NCBI GenBank assembly: GCA_000434555.1
Contig: FR880111.1
Span: forward strand, 2,161-66,160
Direction of reading: 5' to 3'
DNA from: Clostridium sp. CAG:524
GTDB lineage: Bacteria; Bacillota_I; Bacilli_A; RF39; UBA660
DNA: 64,000 nucleotides
In this document: one piece after another, positions 36,601 through 44,939 of the stretch
How positions within the stretch are numbered: the first letter of the stretch is position 1
How the letters are laid out: each line of letters starts with the position of its first letter
Notes under the pieces: model-generated
The model's input: only the letters and a program-made list of their open reading frames with translations
What the model was told of the DNA's origin: nothing
The model's database searches: none
Translations under genes and position numbers: made by a program

Positions 36601-38083
36601 CTATAAATATAGTTGTACAGCAGGAGCAGCATCAGGATGTAAGAAAGGTGAACCAGGAAAAGATAAATGTAAAGTTAAAAATCAAGAGGCAGCATTATGG
36701 AGCGCATTTAAAGCAGCTGTTAATAATATTACGCAGTTAGTATATGAATTAGAAAACTGTAACTTATATAAAACTGAAGATTTAAAATTATATTATGATA
36801 GTGCAAGTTATGTAGATTTTAGCGGATATACTCCTCATAGACCAAAGTATCAAGGTACTTATACATCAGCAATTGATGGAGGTACAACAAAAGATTATAT
36901 TCTTAAACTTGCTAACTGTAAGAGCGAAAAAGGATGTATATCTTTAGACCTTGAATATGCAGATAAAAAATATGGTGCTGAAACAACATTTGGTAAAGAA
37001 GTAGAAATTGTAGCGCAAGATAAAAATATAAAAGAACAAGATTTAACACAAGACGCATGGTGCATTAATAGTAACGCTGGTGAAAAGAAAACTGGTAACT
37101 CATATAATGCAAGTTGTTATCCAGGACCTGGCAATACGGATGTTGATTTAACAGGAAAAAATGTAAAAGGAGAACATGATTTAGTATCTTGCAAAGGATA
37201 TGATACTAACGCACAATGTAAAGTAAATCAAGTTACAGGTGAAAAAATTGAACTTCCAATCAATGACTTTGCAATATTCACAGTAGTAAGTGAAGCTGAT
37301 TTCTGGCAACCTAAGAGATATTCAACAGAAGTTTATACAGGTAATGTATTTGAAAGCGGTTCATCATACGGAGCTTCAACAACAAGCTTACCACCATATG
37401 TTTTCCCAGTAAGCATGGATAAAGAAAGCGGTGGTAAAACAGGAGCATATGATGTAAAACATAAATATAGTTACGTTGGTTCTGCTTTAAGTAAAGCACA
37501 ATTATTAAATGAAAACTATTATGAATTTACTTGTCAATATGAAGTATACAATATTACTAACTTATATGATTGTAAGGTTGGTACTGATGCAAATAAAAAT
37601 GCTGACTTAGAAACATGTAATAATAAGTGTTATGAAATAAAAGATGGAGTACCAATCATTCGTGATTGTGCAAGTTGGAATAATAGAACTAATGATTCTA
37701 AAGGATATGGATTTGTTTATAGAAATGTTGAGCTAAGTAAATTATTCCCAGCGCCAAGAAAAGTTGGAAATAACTGGTATACTCACGATAGTGAACGAAA
37801 AGCCATAGAGGCAACAGCAAGTGATATGTATACAGACAGTGAAAAATATTTAGAATATAGTTTCATATTAAACAGTGATTCTATCAAGAAACTTAGAAAA
37901 TATAACAAAGATAGAAATGGCGCCGGAGGTTACATTGACAATACTCTTAGGGGATGTACTATAACTGATGGATTCTATAATTGTTCAAGTTCATTCTTAG
38001 ACTTAATTAGAGATGATTCAAATAGTTTTGGAATAAAAGTTAATAAATCTGATGGAATATCAAGATATAGACAAGGATATTAA
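33683..38083 (+). CDS. Giant (1466 aa) Cys-rich secreted protein of unknown function
   Basis: Signal peptide is YKFLVLLLFSFSSIMYI. Dozens of Cys are present (not counted). A duplicated motif appears as CMRCCSGKNCSYKWGNPNKY and CYCCGASSQGCKYVWKKKGDP. There is no C-terminal TM or sorting signal. Confidence 0.7.
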   Translation: MKIKNSKYYKFLVLLLFSFSSIMYIKGDGGGSITITGSGKKFTDISFCGNTVIKSDAKTKTVTGQGKDKGTAMANAIKARKSAINSLPSGSTVIDSSSAVTCHVSPISNGGNKGGSGNGSSIGGGIIMEDMNYIEDDIYTVEKMSSNSCMRCCSGKNCSYKWGNPNKYRTCQRQSGVANEASCRAKNNKTTKKPGATVPANGCYCCGASSQGCKYVWKKKGDPIGGCAAQSKTYAECTGQNVAIKGYVCKASYTYTPAGKVNNGRAQLPTYKYDATDPNFANISEDAYCLQKGRPGPDSSSWSYTALDNFDISSCKTSGDNYQCGLAEIMCQTMDISVDENGKFTVKNNGKYSYSTVSTALRTWVAYDNSSIHDGGGVNTGGSGDDGFDYYSNTDVYSNSANYFLNKGGEVKKCGNSCPEGSENYGVLCYGDTNEQKNIQGVVDLLQNTRSGTSCLDKLNKTLNGNSGEDGNDATEGELSYGKPGIDIDLDKNSQTANVKVTFSKMKVGTTIISESTTNVEVPVKYCTEGSSGCTVIIEAFDAKGNKIADGQMGKCAKNYCEVKYKYKQMCEEKTQTAQDNYITAKVTVYTTSGAKGDNKAGALIKNYAKASGEVSQQFVSFDVKGVQDLLNGNPSSGGSTGGTETTTELSKGPVYTAKKSIVCPCDNKKRCDDFKVVNTLPSKCTDYDNFNQGLYDTYDEGKLEEPYMNCIMNACNVSQRNQYDFSKEYGVDVGICRIFCREEVEFYLANKTRVYAGMQFKYKIDEVPGVAKKRKLTNGNSLTSMVLQKRQCASEIYYDHRNPWYNYSTKDSKYDSYIKAGYDTWQKMYGKAVKDMVDAWSSWKAYETLHKKEGWGTCNPYLDHAPDVNCYSSGSGCPSSCPVSQTLPGFDYVYLWPPKGSTVNNTKSDTGNPGYSYNNKSEDTNNKVTFNVNNRNNRPSDQDGKYNQSNGSTSNVCGSYTCTDSKGKKDTCYKYSCTAGAASGCKKGEPGKDKCKVKNQEAALWSAFKAAVNNITQLVYELENCNLYKTEDLKLYYDSASYVDFSGYTPHRPKYQGTYTSAIDGGTTKDYILKLANCKSEKGCISLDLEYADKKYGAETTFGKEVEIVAQDKNIKEQDLTQDAWCINSNAGEKKTGNSYNASCYPGPGNTDVDLTGKNVKGEHDLVSCKGYDTNAQCKVNQVTGEKIELPINDFAIFTVVSEADFWQPKRYSTEVYTGNVFESGSSYGASTTSLPPYVFPVSMDKESGGKTGAYDVKHKYSYVGSALSKAQLLNENYYEFTCQYEVYNITNLYDCKVGTDANKNADLETCNNKCYEIKDGVPIIRDCASWNNRTNDSKGYGFVYRNVELSKLFPAPRKVGNNWYTHDSERKAIEATASDMYTDSEKYLEYSFILNSDSIKKLRKYNKDRNGAGGYIDNTLRGCTITDGFYNCSSSFLDLIRDDSNSFGIKVNKSDGISRYRQGY

Positions 38084-38103
38084 GAAAGGAGAGTAATGAT
38101 TAA

Positions 38104-39237
38104 ATGAAGGAATCAGTTTGGGGATATTTAATACTAGTTCTTGGAATAGTTGTAATCGTTATTCTTCTTCTAATCCAAAGAATTACAACGACAACAGAAG
38201 AAGATTTCTATTTAGGACGTGAAGTAATGGAAGCATCAATGCTTGACGCAGTAGACTATGGTACTTTTAGAACAACCGGTAAAATAGTAATGTCAAAAGA
38301 AAAGTTTGTTGAAGTATTTATACGTAGATTTGCTGAAAGTATCACAAATAATAAAGATTATCAACTAGATTTTTATGATATATATGAAGAACCACCTAAA
38401 GCAACTGTTCGTGTAAGAACAGTAAGTGGTGATACAACATTAAATTCTGATACATTTGATATTAAGCTTGATACTTATATGCATGGTATATTAGAAAGCG
38501 TTTATGGTACTGAACCTGGTACTAATAGTACTCCAACTACACCAGGTAAAGGTAGTGGAACAGCTGGAATGGGTGCACTTACTCCATATGATGAAGCAGA
38601 AGAAGAAGAAGTTGAAGAGGAAGAAGAAACAAAAGAGGCACCACCACTATCTTGCGATGTACAAACTAAAAATACAAATTATAATACTAAATTTGCTAAT
38701 GGAGCTAACTTACGTGATTATGGATGCGGTTATACATCAATATCTATGGTAGCTAGAGCATTTGGTAAAAATGTATCACCAGAACAAGTTGCTAATGATA
38801 TTTGGGATGGACCAAATCATAATTCAAGTACACTTGCTGGTCAAGATTCTGAAGTTTGTGGAAAAAATGGTGCTAGTACAAGTACTTGTGGTAGAGTTAC
38901 TACTGGTACACTAACAAATGATAAATTGCTTGGAAAATATGGATTAAGTGGCAATGTACTATTTAATCAAAATACAAGTGAAGCAGATAGAAAGAAAGCA
39001 ATAACAGATGCATTGAATCGTGGAGAAGCAATTATCCTTAGAATACCTAATCACTATATAGCAATTTCCGGTTCACCAGATAACATTCAATTATGTAATC
39101 CTTGGGATAGAGAACAAAATGGTACTTATACAGTGGACAGTCTATTTAGTAATAGTGCTATTACTAACTGGCATGGTAAATGTGGTAGTACTAATGAATG
39201 TGGTATATGGTATGGTGCTTCATATTCAACTAAATAA
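38104..39237 (+). CDS. Pseudopilin-like N-terminus fused to a C39-like (papain-fold) cysteine peptidase domain
   Basis: The N-terminus is MKESVWGYLILVLGIVVIVILLLI. The linker is acidic (EAEEEEVEEEEE). The Cys box is DYGCGYTSISMVARAFG. The His/Asp boxes are IPNHYIAISGSPDNIQLCNPWD. Confidence 0.6.
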   Translation: MKESVWGYLILVLGIVVIVILLLIQRITTTTEEDFYLGREVMEASMLDAVDYGTFRTTGKIVMSKEKFVEVFIRRFAESITNNKDYQLDFYDIYEEPPKATVRVRTVSGDTTLNSDTFDIKLDTYMHGILESVYGTEPGTNSTPTTPGKGSGTAGMGALTPYDEAEEEEVEEEEETKEAPPLSCDVQTKNTNYNTKFANGANLRDYGCGYTSISMVARAFGKNVSPEQVANDIWDGPNHNSSTLAGQDSEVCGKNGASTSTCGRVTTGTLTNDKLLGKYGLSGNVLFNQNTSEADRKKAITDALNRGEAIILRIPNHYIAISGSPDNIQLCNPWDREQNGTYTVDSLFSNSAITNWHGKCGSTNECGIWYGASYSTK

Positions 39238-39263
39238 AGAGCAATTAAAAAAGTGTTGTTAAT

Positions 39264-41801
39264 TCAACGCTTTTTTCTTATGTAAATAATTGTTACTATA
39301 AACGCTAAACTAGAAATAATAAGTCCAACAATAAATCCACTTGGAACATAGTTCATTTTTATATTATGTTTACCTTTATCTAAATCTAAACATATAAATG
39401 AATCAAAACATATATCATAATTTACTTTATTATCATCAACATAGATATTCCATCCTTTATCATATGGAATAGTTAATAATAATACATTTTTATCATTATT
39501 AACATCTATATTTCCTTCTATATGATTATCTTTATTATACTTAGTTATATTAAATTCATTTTTCTTAAGTTCATTAATTGTTTCAATATAATTATCATAA
39601 TCTATTTGATACCATATTAATGAATCATATTTTATTTTAGTAGCATTTGATTTAATAACAATTTTATATTCATCATTCTTCTTAATAAATAATGGTATTT
39701 GTTTATTATATACATTCTTTATTTCTTTATTGTTAATATAAACAGTATAAGAACCATCAAAAATGTTATTATTAAACATTATTGAATCAGGATTATTTTT
39801 TTCAGTTAGTTCAATATTCGGAATAAGAAATGCATCATTACTAGCTTTACCACTAATTACCGCATAGAAATTTTTATCTGGTATAATGTATTTTTTATTA
39901 TTATCAATTTTAATATTTGCATTATATATTTTAATATTATTATCTATTTTATATGTTTTAATATCAGTATTTAACATTGAATTAATTAAATTTTCAGTAT
40001 TCTGATAAGAACTATTACTTTCTTTAAATTTCTTATTATAAATCATATATCCTAAACTTAATGCATCTTTATTTAAATACATGTAAGGATTTTCATTATA
40101 AACATTTTCATAATACATTTCATCTTTACTACCATTTATATATTTTATACCAAGTAATGATGTTAAATATGGATTATAATTATTAAATTTTACATTTGTT
40201 TCATGTTTAACACTATATCCAAATTTTCTTAAAAAATTTAATATTTTAGCATTTCTAACTGAATTAAAATGATTTATGCCATTATAATTCAATAGGGAAG
40301 GTGAATTATATACAAGTTCGAAATCTACTTCAATTCTATAAAAATTATTATCTTTATTTTCAATTTCCTTTATCTTGTTTATTGCATCTTTATATTTATT
40401 TAAATATAATTTATAGTCTTGTATTTCAGGATGAATTTGAAGTATTGTAAAAGTTAAAATTATATTAAAAGTTATTTCAGTAAAGAATAAAATTAACAAT
40501 AATGTTTTAGTTTTTTTATTCTCAATTAAGAATACATACAATATAAGTAGAAGAAAACTAAATATTAGAGAAAAAATCTTAAAGCCATTATTACAATCAA
40601 TTTTTGATATAGGGTATAATGTTAATAATATAAAAGATATTATAATAATTAAATTCTCTTTTATATTAGTTTTATAAGTAATATTAGTTATTTCCTTCAT
40701 AGCAACAGTTATTAAAAAGAAAGAAAATGTAAATATATATCTATTAGGATACCAAATAGGTCTTTGAAATAATTGCCAGGCAAAATCTAATAAATTAAAA
40801 CTTATACTAAGTAAAAAGAATAATATGAAAATTAATGTAGTAATTCTTTCTTTTTTAGATATTTTTTTATTAAAGAAATATTTTATTACTAATATTATTA
40901 CAAATAATGAAACATATATATTAACCATACCATATTCTAAATCATAATTAGATGTAGAACCTGGTAAGAATTTATAAAATATATTTAAGAAGTTCATATT
41001 AAATTTGAAATATTCTGTTTTACTAGATGCATAGAGTAATGCTTTTCCTTTTAATAGTTCACTTGCTTCAGGAATAATTATTATCATACACATAAATCCT
41101 GAAAGTAAACTTGATATAATAAAGTCTTTAATAATATTTTTATCTAATTTATAAATAACAATATTATATATAAAATATAACAATGAGAATATACATACCA
41201 TATAACCAATATAAAAATTAGATATTATTGATAATGTAAGTGATATTATATAAAGTCTATTTTTTCTTTCATAAATTAATTTATCAAGACCTAAGATTAC
41301 TATAGGAAATAAAACAACTGTATCAAAATACATGTAATTAAAGAAATAGCATACATTATAAGCCATTAACGCATAACTTATACTAAATATAATATATCTT
41401 AAATTAGATTGATTTTTAAATTTATATTTTAAGTATTTACACATTGTAAATCCAGAAAGACCAATTCTTAAAAGAATAATAAATGTATAATATTCTAATA
41501 TATTTTCACTAGTACTAAATATACAAAGTAGGTTAGTTGGATTAAACATATAATATATACTAGTCGCATAAAAATTATATCCAAGTAATCCTTTAAATGA
41601 ATAGAATAGACTTTCATTACCAAGAAGAACATTTTTATAATAACTAGTAAATCCAGCATATTGATAATACCCATCATATTTTGATAGAACTTGTCCACCA
41701 AAAGGATATATCTTACAAACTAGACAGCATATTAACATTATTAATATTGGTACTATAAAAGCTAAAATTTCAGGTAAATGTTTTTTAAAATTCTTTTTCA
41801 T
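39264..41801 (-). CDS. YfhO-like polytopic membrane protein (GT-C type glycopolymer glycosyltransferase family)
   Basis: 845 aa. More than 12 N-terminal TM helices, a large extracytoplasmic domain and a terminal TM, which is the YfhO family layout. The neighbourhood is teichoic-acid related. Confidence 0.55.
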   Translation of the reverse strand: MKKNFKKHLPEILAFIVPILIMLICCLVCKIYPFGGQVLSKYDGYYQYAGFTSYYKNVLLGNESLFYSFKGLLGYNFYATSIYYMFNPTNLLCIFSTSENILEYYTFIILLRIGLSGFTMCKYLKYKFKNQSNLRYIIFSISYALMAYNVCYFFNYMYFDTVVLFPIVILGLDKLIYERKNRLYIISLTLSIISNFYIGYMVCIFSLLYFIYNIVIYKLDKNIIKDFIISSLLSGFMCMIIIIPEASELLKGKALLYASSKTEYFKFNMNFLNIFYKFLPGSTSNYDLEYGMVNIYVSLFVIILVIKYFFNKKISKKERITTLIFILFFLLSISFNLLDFAWQLFQRPIWYPNRYIFTFSFFLITVAMKEITNITYKTNIKENLIIIISFILLTLYPISKIDCNNGFKIFSLIFSFLLLILYVFLIENKKTKTLLLILFFTEITFNIILTFTILQIHPEIQDYKLYLNKYKDAINKIKEIENKDNNFYRIEVDFELVYNSPSLLNYNGINHFNSVRNAKILNFLRKFGYSVKHETNVKFNNYNPYLTSLLGIKYINGSKDEMYYENVYNENPYMYLNKDALSLGYMIYNKKFKESNSSYQNTENLINSMLNTDIKTYKIDNNIKIYNANIKIDNNKKYIIPDKNFYAVISGKASNDAFLIPNIELTEKNNPDSIMFNNNIFDGSYTVYINNKEIKNVYNKQIPLFIKKNDEYKIVIKSNATKIKYDSLIWYQIDYDNYIETINELKKNEFNITKYNKDNHIEGNIDVNNDKNVLLLTIPYDKGWNIYVDDNKVNYDICFDSFICLDLDKGKHNIKMNYVPSGFIVGLIISSLAFIVTIIYIRKKR

Positions 41802-41877
41802 ATCACATCACATAAAATATTTTATCAAATTAATAAAGTAAATTATACCTATTTTTAATTTTATAATAAATAATATA

Positions 41878-41907
41878 TTGAAAAGAAATTATCTAATGTG
41901 TTATAAT
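41878..41907 (+). promoter_or_regulatory. Sigma-A promoter of the Tad-like locus (-35 TTGAAA, 18 nt spacer, TGn-extended -10 TGTTATAAT)
   Basis: TTGAAA at 41878-41883, TG at 41899-41900 and TATAAT at 41902-41907. Confidence 0.55.
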
Positions 41908-41926
41908 TAATTAGAATAGATAGTAC

Positions 41927-42760
41927 ATGAAGTCTATGGAGGGAAAAAGAATGGAAAATATAAAAGTTGCACTTAAAAGATTTTTAAAAAATAAAAATAC
42001 AGTTACTATTATTGCATTACTAACTTCACTTGCGATTCTATACTATGCATATAATTTAAGAATTAAGAAAGCTACTGAACCAATTAGTGTTCCATATGCA
42101 GTAAGAAGACTAGAGCCAAGAACTTTAATTGAAAATAAAGATGTTGGTATTAAACAAGTACCAGGTGGAATGGTAAATGGACGTGATGTAATTGCTAGTT
42201 CATCATTAATAGTTGGAAAATATGTATCAGAAAAAGTTGAAATACCACTTGGAAGTTTATTTTATAATGAAACAGTTGTTACTTGGGAACAACTACCATC
42301 AAGTTTATTTGAAGATATTCCTAATGATTACACAGTTATAACAATGCCAGTATCATTAGAAACTACATATGGTAATTCAATATTTACAGGTAACTATATA
42401 GATTTATATTTTGCTGGATATGACTATGATGATAAATTAATTGTAGCTAAGTTCATTGAAAGCATTAGAGTACTTGCTGTAATTGATGGACATGGAAATA
42501 ATATATTTGAAAAGAGTTCAAATGTTGAGCCTCCATCATACTTAATGTTCTCAATACCAGAGGATTTACACTTACTACTTAGAAAAGCAATATATAAAAA
42601 AGTTAATTTATTCCCAGTACCTAGAAATGCAGAATATTCTTTAAAACCAAACCCAACTAAAGTTAGTAGTACATATATTAGAAAATTAATTGAACAACAA
42701 ACTATTGATGTAAGTGAGAAAGATTTAGAATTAAATCCAATACAAGGAGGTAATCAATAA
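41927..42760 (+). CDS. CpaB/RcpC-like Flp pilus assembly protein (SAF domain), copy 1
   Basis: N-terminal TM is VTIIALLTSLAILYYAY. The SAF-like segment is RLEPRTLIENKDVGIKQVPGGMV. The probable true start is ATG 41951, 7 nt after GGAGGG. Confidence 0.6.
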   Translation: MKSMEGKRMENIKVALKRFLKNKNTVTIIALLTSLAILYYAYNLRIKKATEPISVPYAVRRLEPRTLIENKDVGIKQVPGGMVNGRDVIASSSLIVGKYVSEKVEIPLGSLFYNETVVTWEQLPSSLFEDIPNDYTVITMPVSLETTYGNSIFTGNYIDLYFAGYDYDDKLIVAKFIESIRVLAVIDGHGNNIFEKSSNVEPPSYLMFSIPEDLHLLLRKAIYKKVNLFPVPRNAEYSLKPNPTKVSSTYIRKLIEQQTIDVSEKDLELNPIQGGNQ

Positions 42761-43554
42761 TGAATGCATTAAAAAAGTTCGTAACTAATAAAACATTCGT
42801 AACAATTGCATTAGGAGCAGCTTGCTTAATCATTTTATATGTTGCATACACATATAGGGTTGGTAAAGAAATAAATAAAGTTAAAATATATGTTGCAAAA
42901 GAAAATATTCCTGCAAGAACAGAAATAACTGATAATTTAATTGAAGAAGTAGAAGTTGCATCTTCAATGTTAAGTAAAGATGTAATTCGTGATGTTAATA
43001 GTATAAAAGGAAAATATGTAAATTATAATACATATATTCCAGCTGGAAGTCCATTTTATGCATCAGCCATAATTGAATGGAAACAAATGCCTGATTCAGC
43101 TTGGTCAAGCATACCTACAGGAAATACAGTTTTCTCATTACCAGTGAATACAACTACAACATATGGTAACTCAATATTTCCAGGTGATAAAATAGATTTG
43201 TATTATGAAACTAAAGATGGTTCTGGAATGTATGTGTTTGGTAAACTAATCGAAGGAATTACAATACTTGCTGTTAAAGATGAAGATGGTGAACACATAT
43301 TTAAAAAAGGATCAAACCAAAAAAATGCTAGTGCATTAATATTTAGTGTTTCTGAAGAATATCATATTCTTTTAAGACAAGCTACATACTTAGATGGTTC
43401 TTTAGTTCCAGTACCTAGAAATAAAAATTATAATAAAAAAACTAATATAACAAGTGAGTATCTAAGACATTTAATCGAAAATAAATGTAGAATCATCAAT
43501 CCAGATGTTGTTGATACACCAGATGCTGGTGATGAAAATATAAAAGTAAAATAA
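42760..43554 (+). CDS. CpaB/RcpC-like Flp pilus assembly protein, copy 2 (paralog)
   Basis: TAATG overlap with the upstream gene. It has the same layout and shared strings with copy 1: TTYGNSIFPGDKIDLYY against TTYGNSIFTGNYIDLYF, and LVPVPRN against LFPVPRN. Confidence 0.6.
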   Translation: MNALKKFVTNKTFVTIALGAACLIILYVAYTYRVGKEINKVKIYVAKENIPARTEITDNLIEEVEVASSMLSKDVIRDVNSIKGKYVNYNTYIPAGSPFYASAIIEWKQMPDSAWSSIPTGNTVFSLPVNTTTTYGNSIFPGDKIDLYYETKDGSGMYVFGKLIEGITILAVKDEDGEHIFKKGSNQKNASALIFSVSEEYHILLRQATYLDGSLVPVPRNKNYNKKTNITSEYLRHLIENKCRIINPDVVDTPDAGDENIKVK

Positions 43555-43587
43555 TGATTTAAAGAAAAAATATAGAAAGGGATTCTA

Positions 43588-44928
43588 ATGGATAATGTTG
43601 TTTTTTCACAAATAGATTTTGGATTATTTATGCCTCTTTTAGAAAATGACGATATAACAGATATTTCATATTCTAATGGTGGTAAACAATTATGGGTAAA
43701 AACATTAAGTAAAGGTGTTTATCCAGTACACATTGATGGTATAAATAATGAAGTTGTAGAGAAATTAGCATTTCAATGTTCTAACGTTATGGGTAAGACA
43801 TTTAACATGGCTCATCCACTCTTAGATGCTGAAAGTGCTGAACTTCGTCTTAACTTTGTTCATGAATCTATTGCTACTAATGGCATAGCTCTTCTAATAA
43901 GAAAAACACCAGCAATGATAAGACTTAATAAAGATAAACTTGTTAAAGAAGATTATGTATCAGTTAAATTACATGACTTCTTAATTACATGTGTTACTGG
44001 TCACTGTAACATACTTGTTAGTGGAGAAACTGGTTCAGGTAAAACTGAGTTTATCAAATATCTTGCTAGTAAAATAAAAGAAGATGAAAAAATAATAACA
44101 ATAGAAGATACATTAGAACTTCACTTAGATAAAATATATCCAGATCGTGATATTGTAGCGATGAAAACAAATAATATTGCTTCATATTCTGATGTTCTTG
44201 TTGCTTGTATGCGTCAAAACCCAAGATGGATTTTACTATCAGAGGTTCGTTCAGCAGAAGCTGTTCTTGCTGTTCGTAACTCAATTTCTTCAGGACATAA
44301 TATCTTGTCAACAATACACTCAGACAAAGCATCAAGTATTCCAATGCGTTTATATTCACTTCTTGAATCTAGTCAAGATATAAATCAATTTGTTGCATCA
44401 ATGCATAGATATATTCAGCTTGGTATACATATAAAAGGATTTTTTTCTAAAAAGTATAATAGATTTCAAAGAGAAATTACACAAGTGGTTGAATTTTACG
44501 TTGATGATGAGGATAATGAAGCTAAAGTAAATGTACTTTATTCAAGAGATTTAATGGATAATGAAGTGTATAACAACCCAACTCAGCATTTAATTGATTA
44601 TCTAGCAAGCCAAGGTGTTATGATGCCTGAAGACCCATTTATACCAAAAGGTAGTGAGCTTAAATCAAGTGAAGAAAAAACAACTAGTGAAAATACTGAA
44701 ACAACAAATACTGATTTAAATAATAAACCTGCACAAACAAATAATGTAAAAGAAACTAAAACCACTGCTACTGCTAGCAATATAGTATCTGAGGTTCCAG
44801 TTCAACCAGGAATCACTCCAGTAAACAAAACACAAGAAATTAGTAATATCAATCAAAACGTAAATCCTGTAAATACAGGTGTAAACAATGTAAATAACAA
44901 TTCCAATCTTGAAATTGTTGAGATATAG
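43588..44928 (+). CDS. CpaF/TadA-type (VirB11-like) secretion ATPase with low-complexity C-terminal tail
   Basis: Walker A is VSGETGSGKTEF and the Asp box is IITIEDTLELH. Walker B is RQNPRWILLSEVRSAEA and the His box is SSGHNILSTIHS. The last ~100 aa are Thr/Asn/Val-rich. Confidence 0.85.
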   Translation: MDNVVFSQIDFGLFMPLLENDDITDISYSNGGKQLWVKTLSKGVYPVHIDGINNEVVEKLAFQCSNVMGKTFNMAHPLLDAESAELRLNFVHESIATNGIALLIRKTPAMIRLNKDKLVKEDYVSVKLHDFLITCVTGHCNILVSGETGSGKTEFIKYLASKIKEDEKIITIEDTLELHLDKIYPDRDIVAMKTNNIASYSDVLVACMRQNPRWILLSEVRSAEAVLAVRNSISSGHNILSTIHSDKASSIPMRLYSLLESSQDINQFVASMHRYIQLGIHIKGFFSKKYNRFQREITQVVEFYVDDEDNEAKVNVLYSRDLMDNEVYNNPTQHLIDYLASQGVMMPEDPFIPKGSELKSSEEKTTSENTETTNTDLNNKPAQTNNVKETKTTATASNIVSEVPVQPGITPVNKTQEISNINQNVNPVNTGVNNVNNNSNLEIVEI

Positions 44929-44939
44929 GAGGTGGAAAA

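Noticed and set aside
30653-39237. Classic sortase-assembled (LPXTG) pilus locus.
   Set aside because: No product has an LPXTG-type motif followed by a TM and basic tail, and no pilin-motif or E-box-like features were recognised. The sortase domain is class B-like, not class C.
39238-39275. Possible bidirectional terminator hairpin (aaaaagtgttg...caacgctttttt) between the convergent genes 38104-39237 and 39264-41801.
   Set aside because: The stem has a mismatch, and its 3' arm overlaps the last codons of the minus-strand gene. It is too weak to list as a feature.
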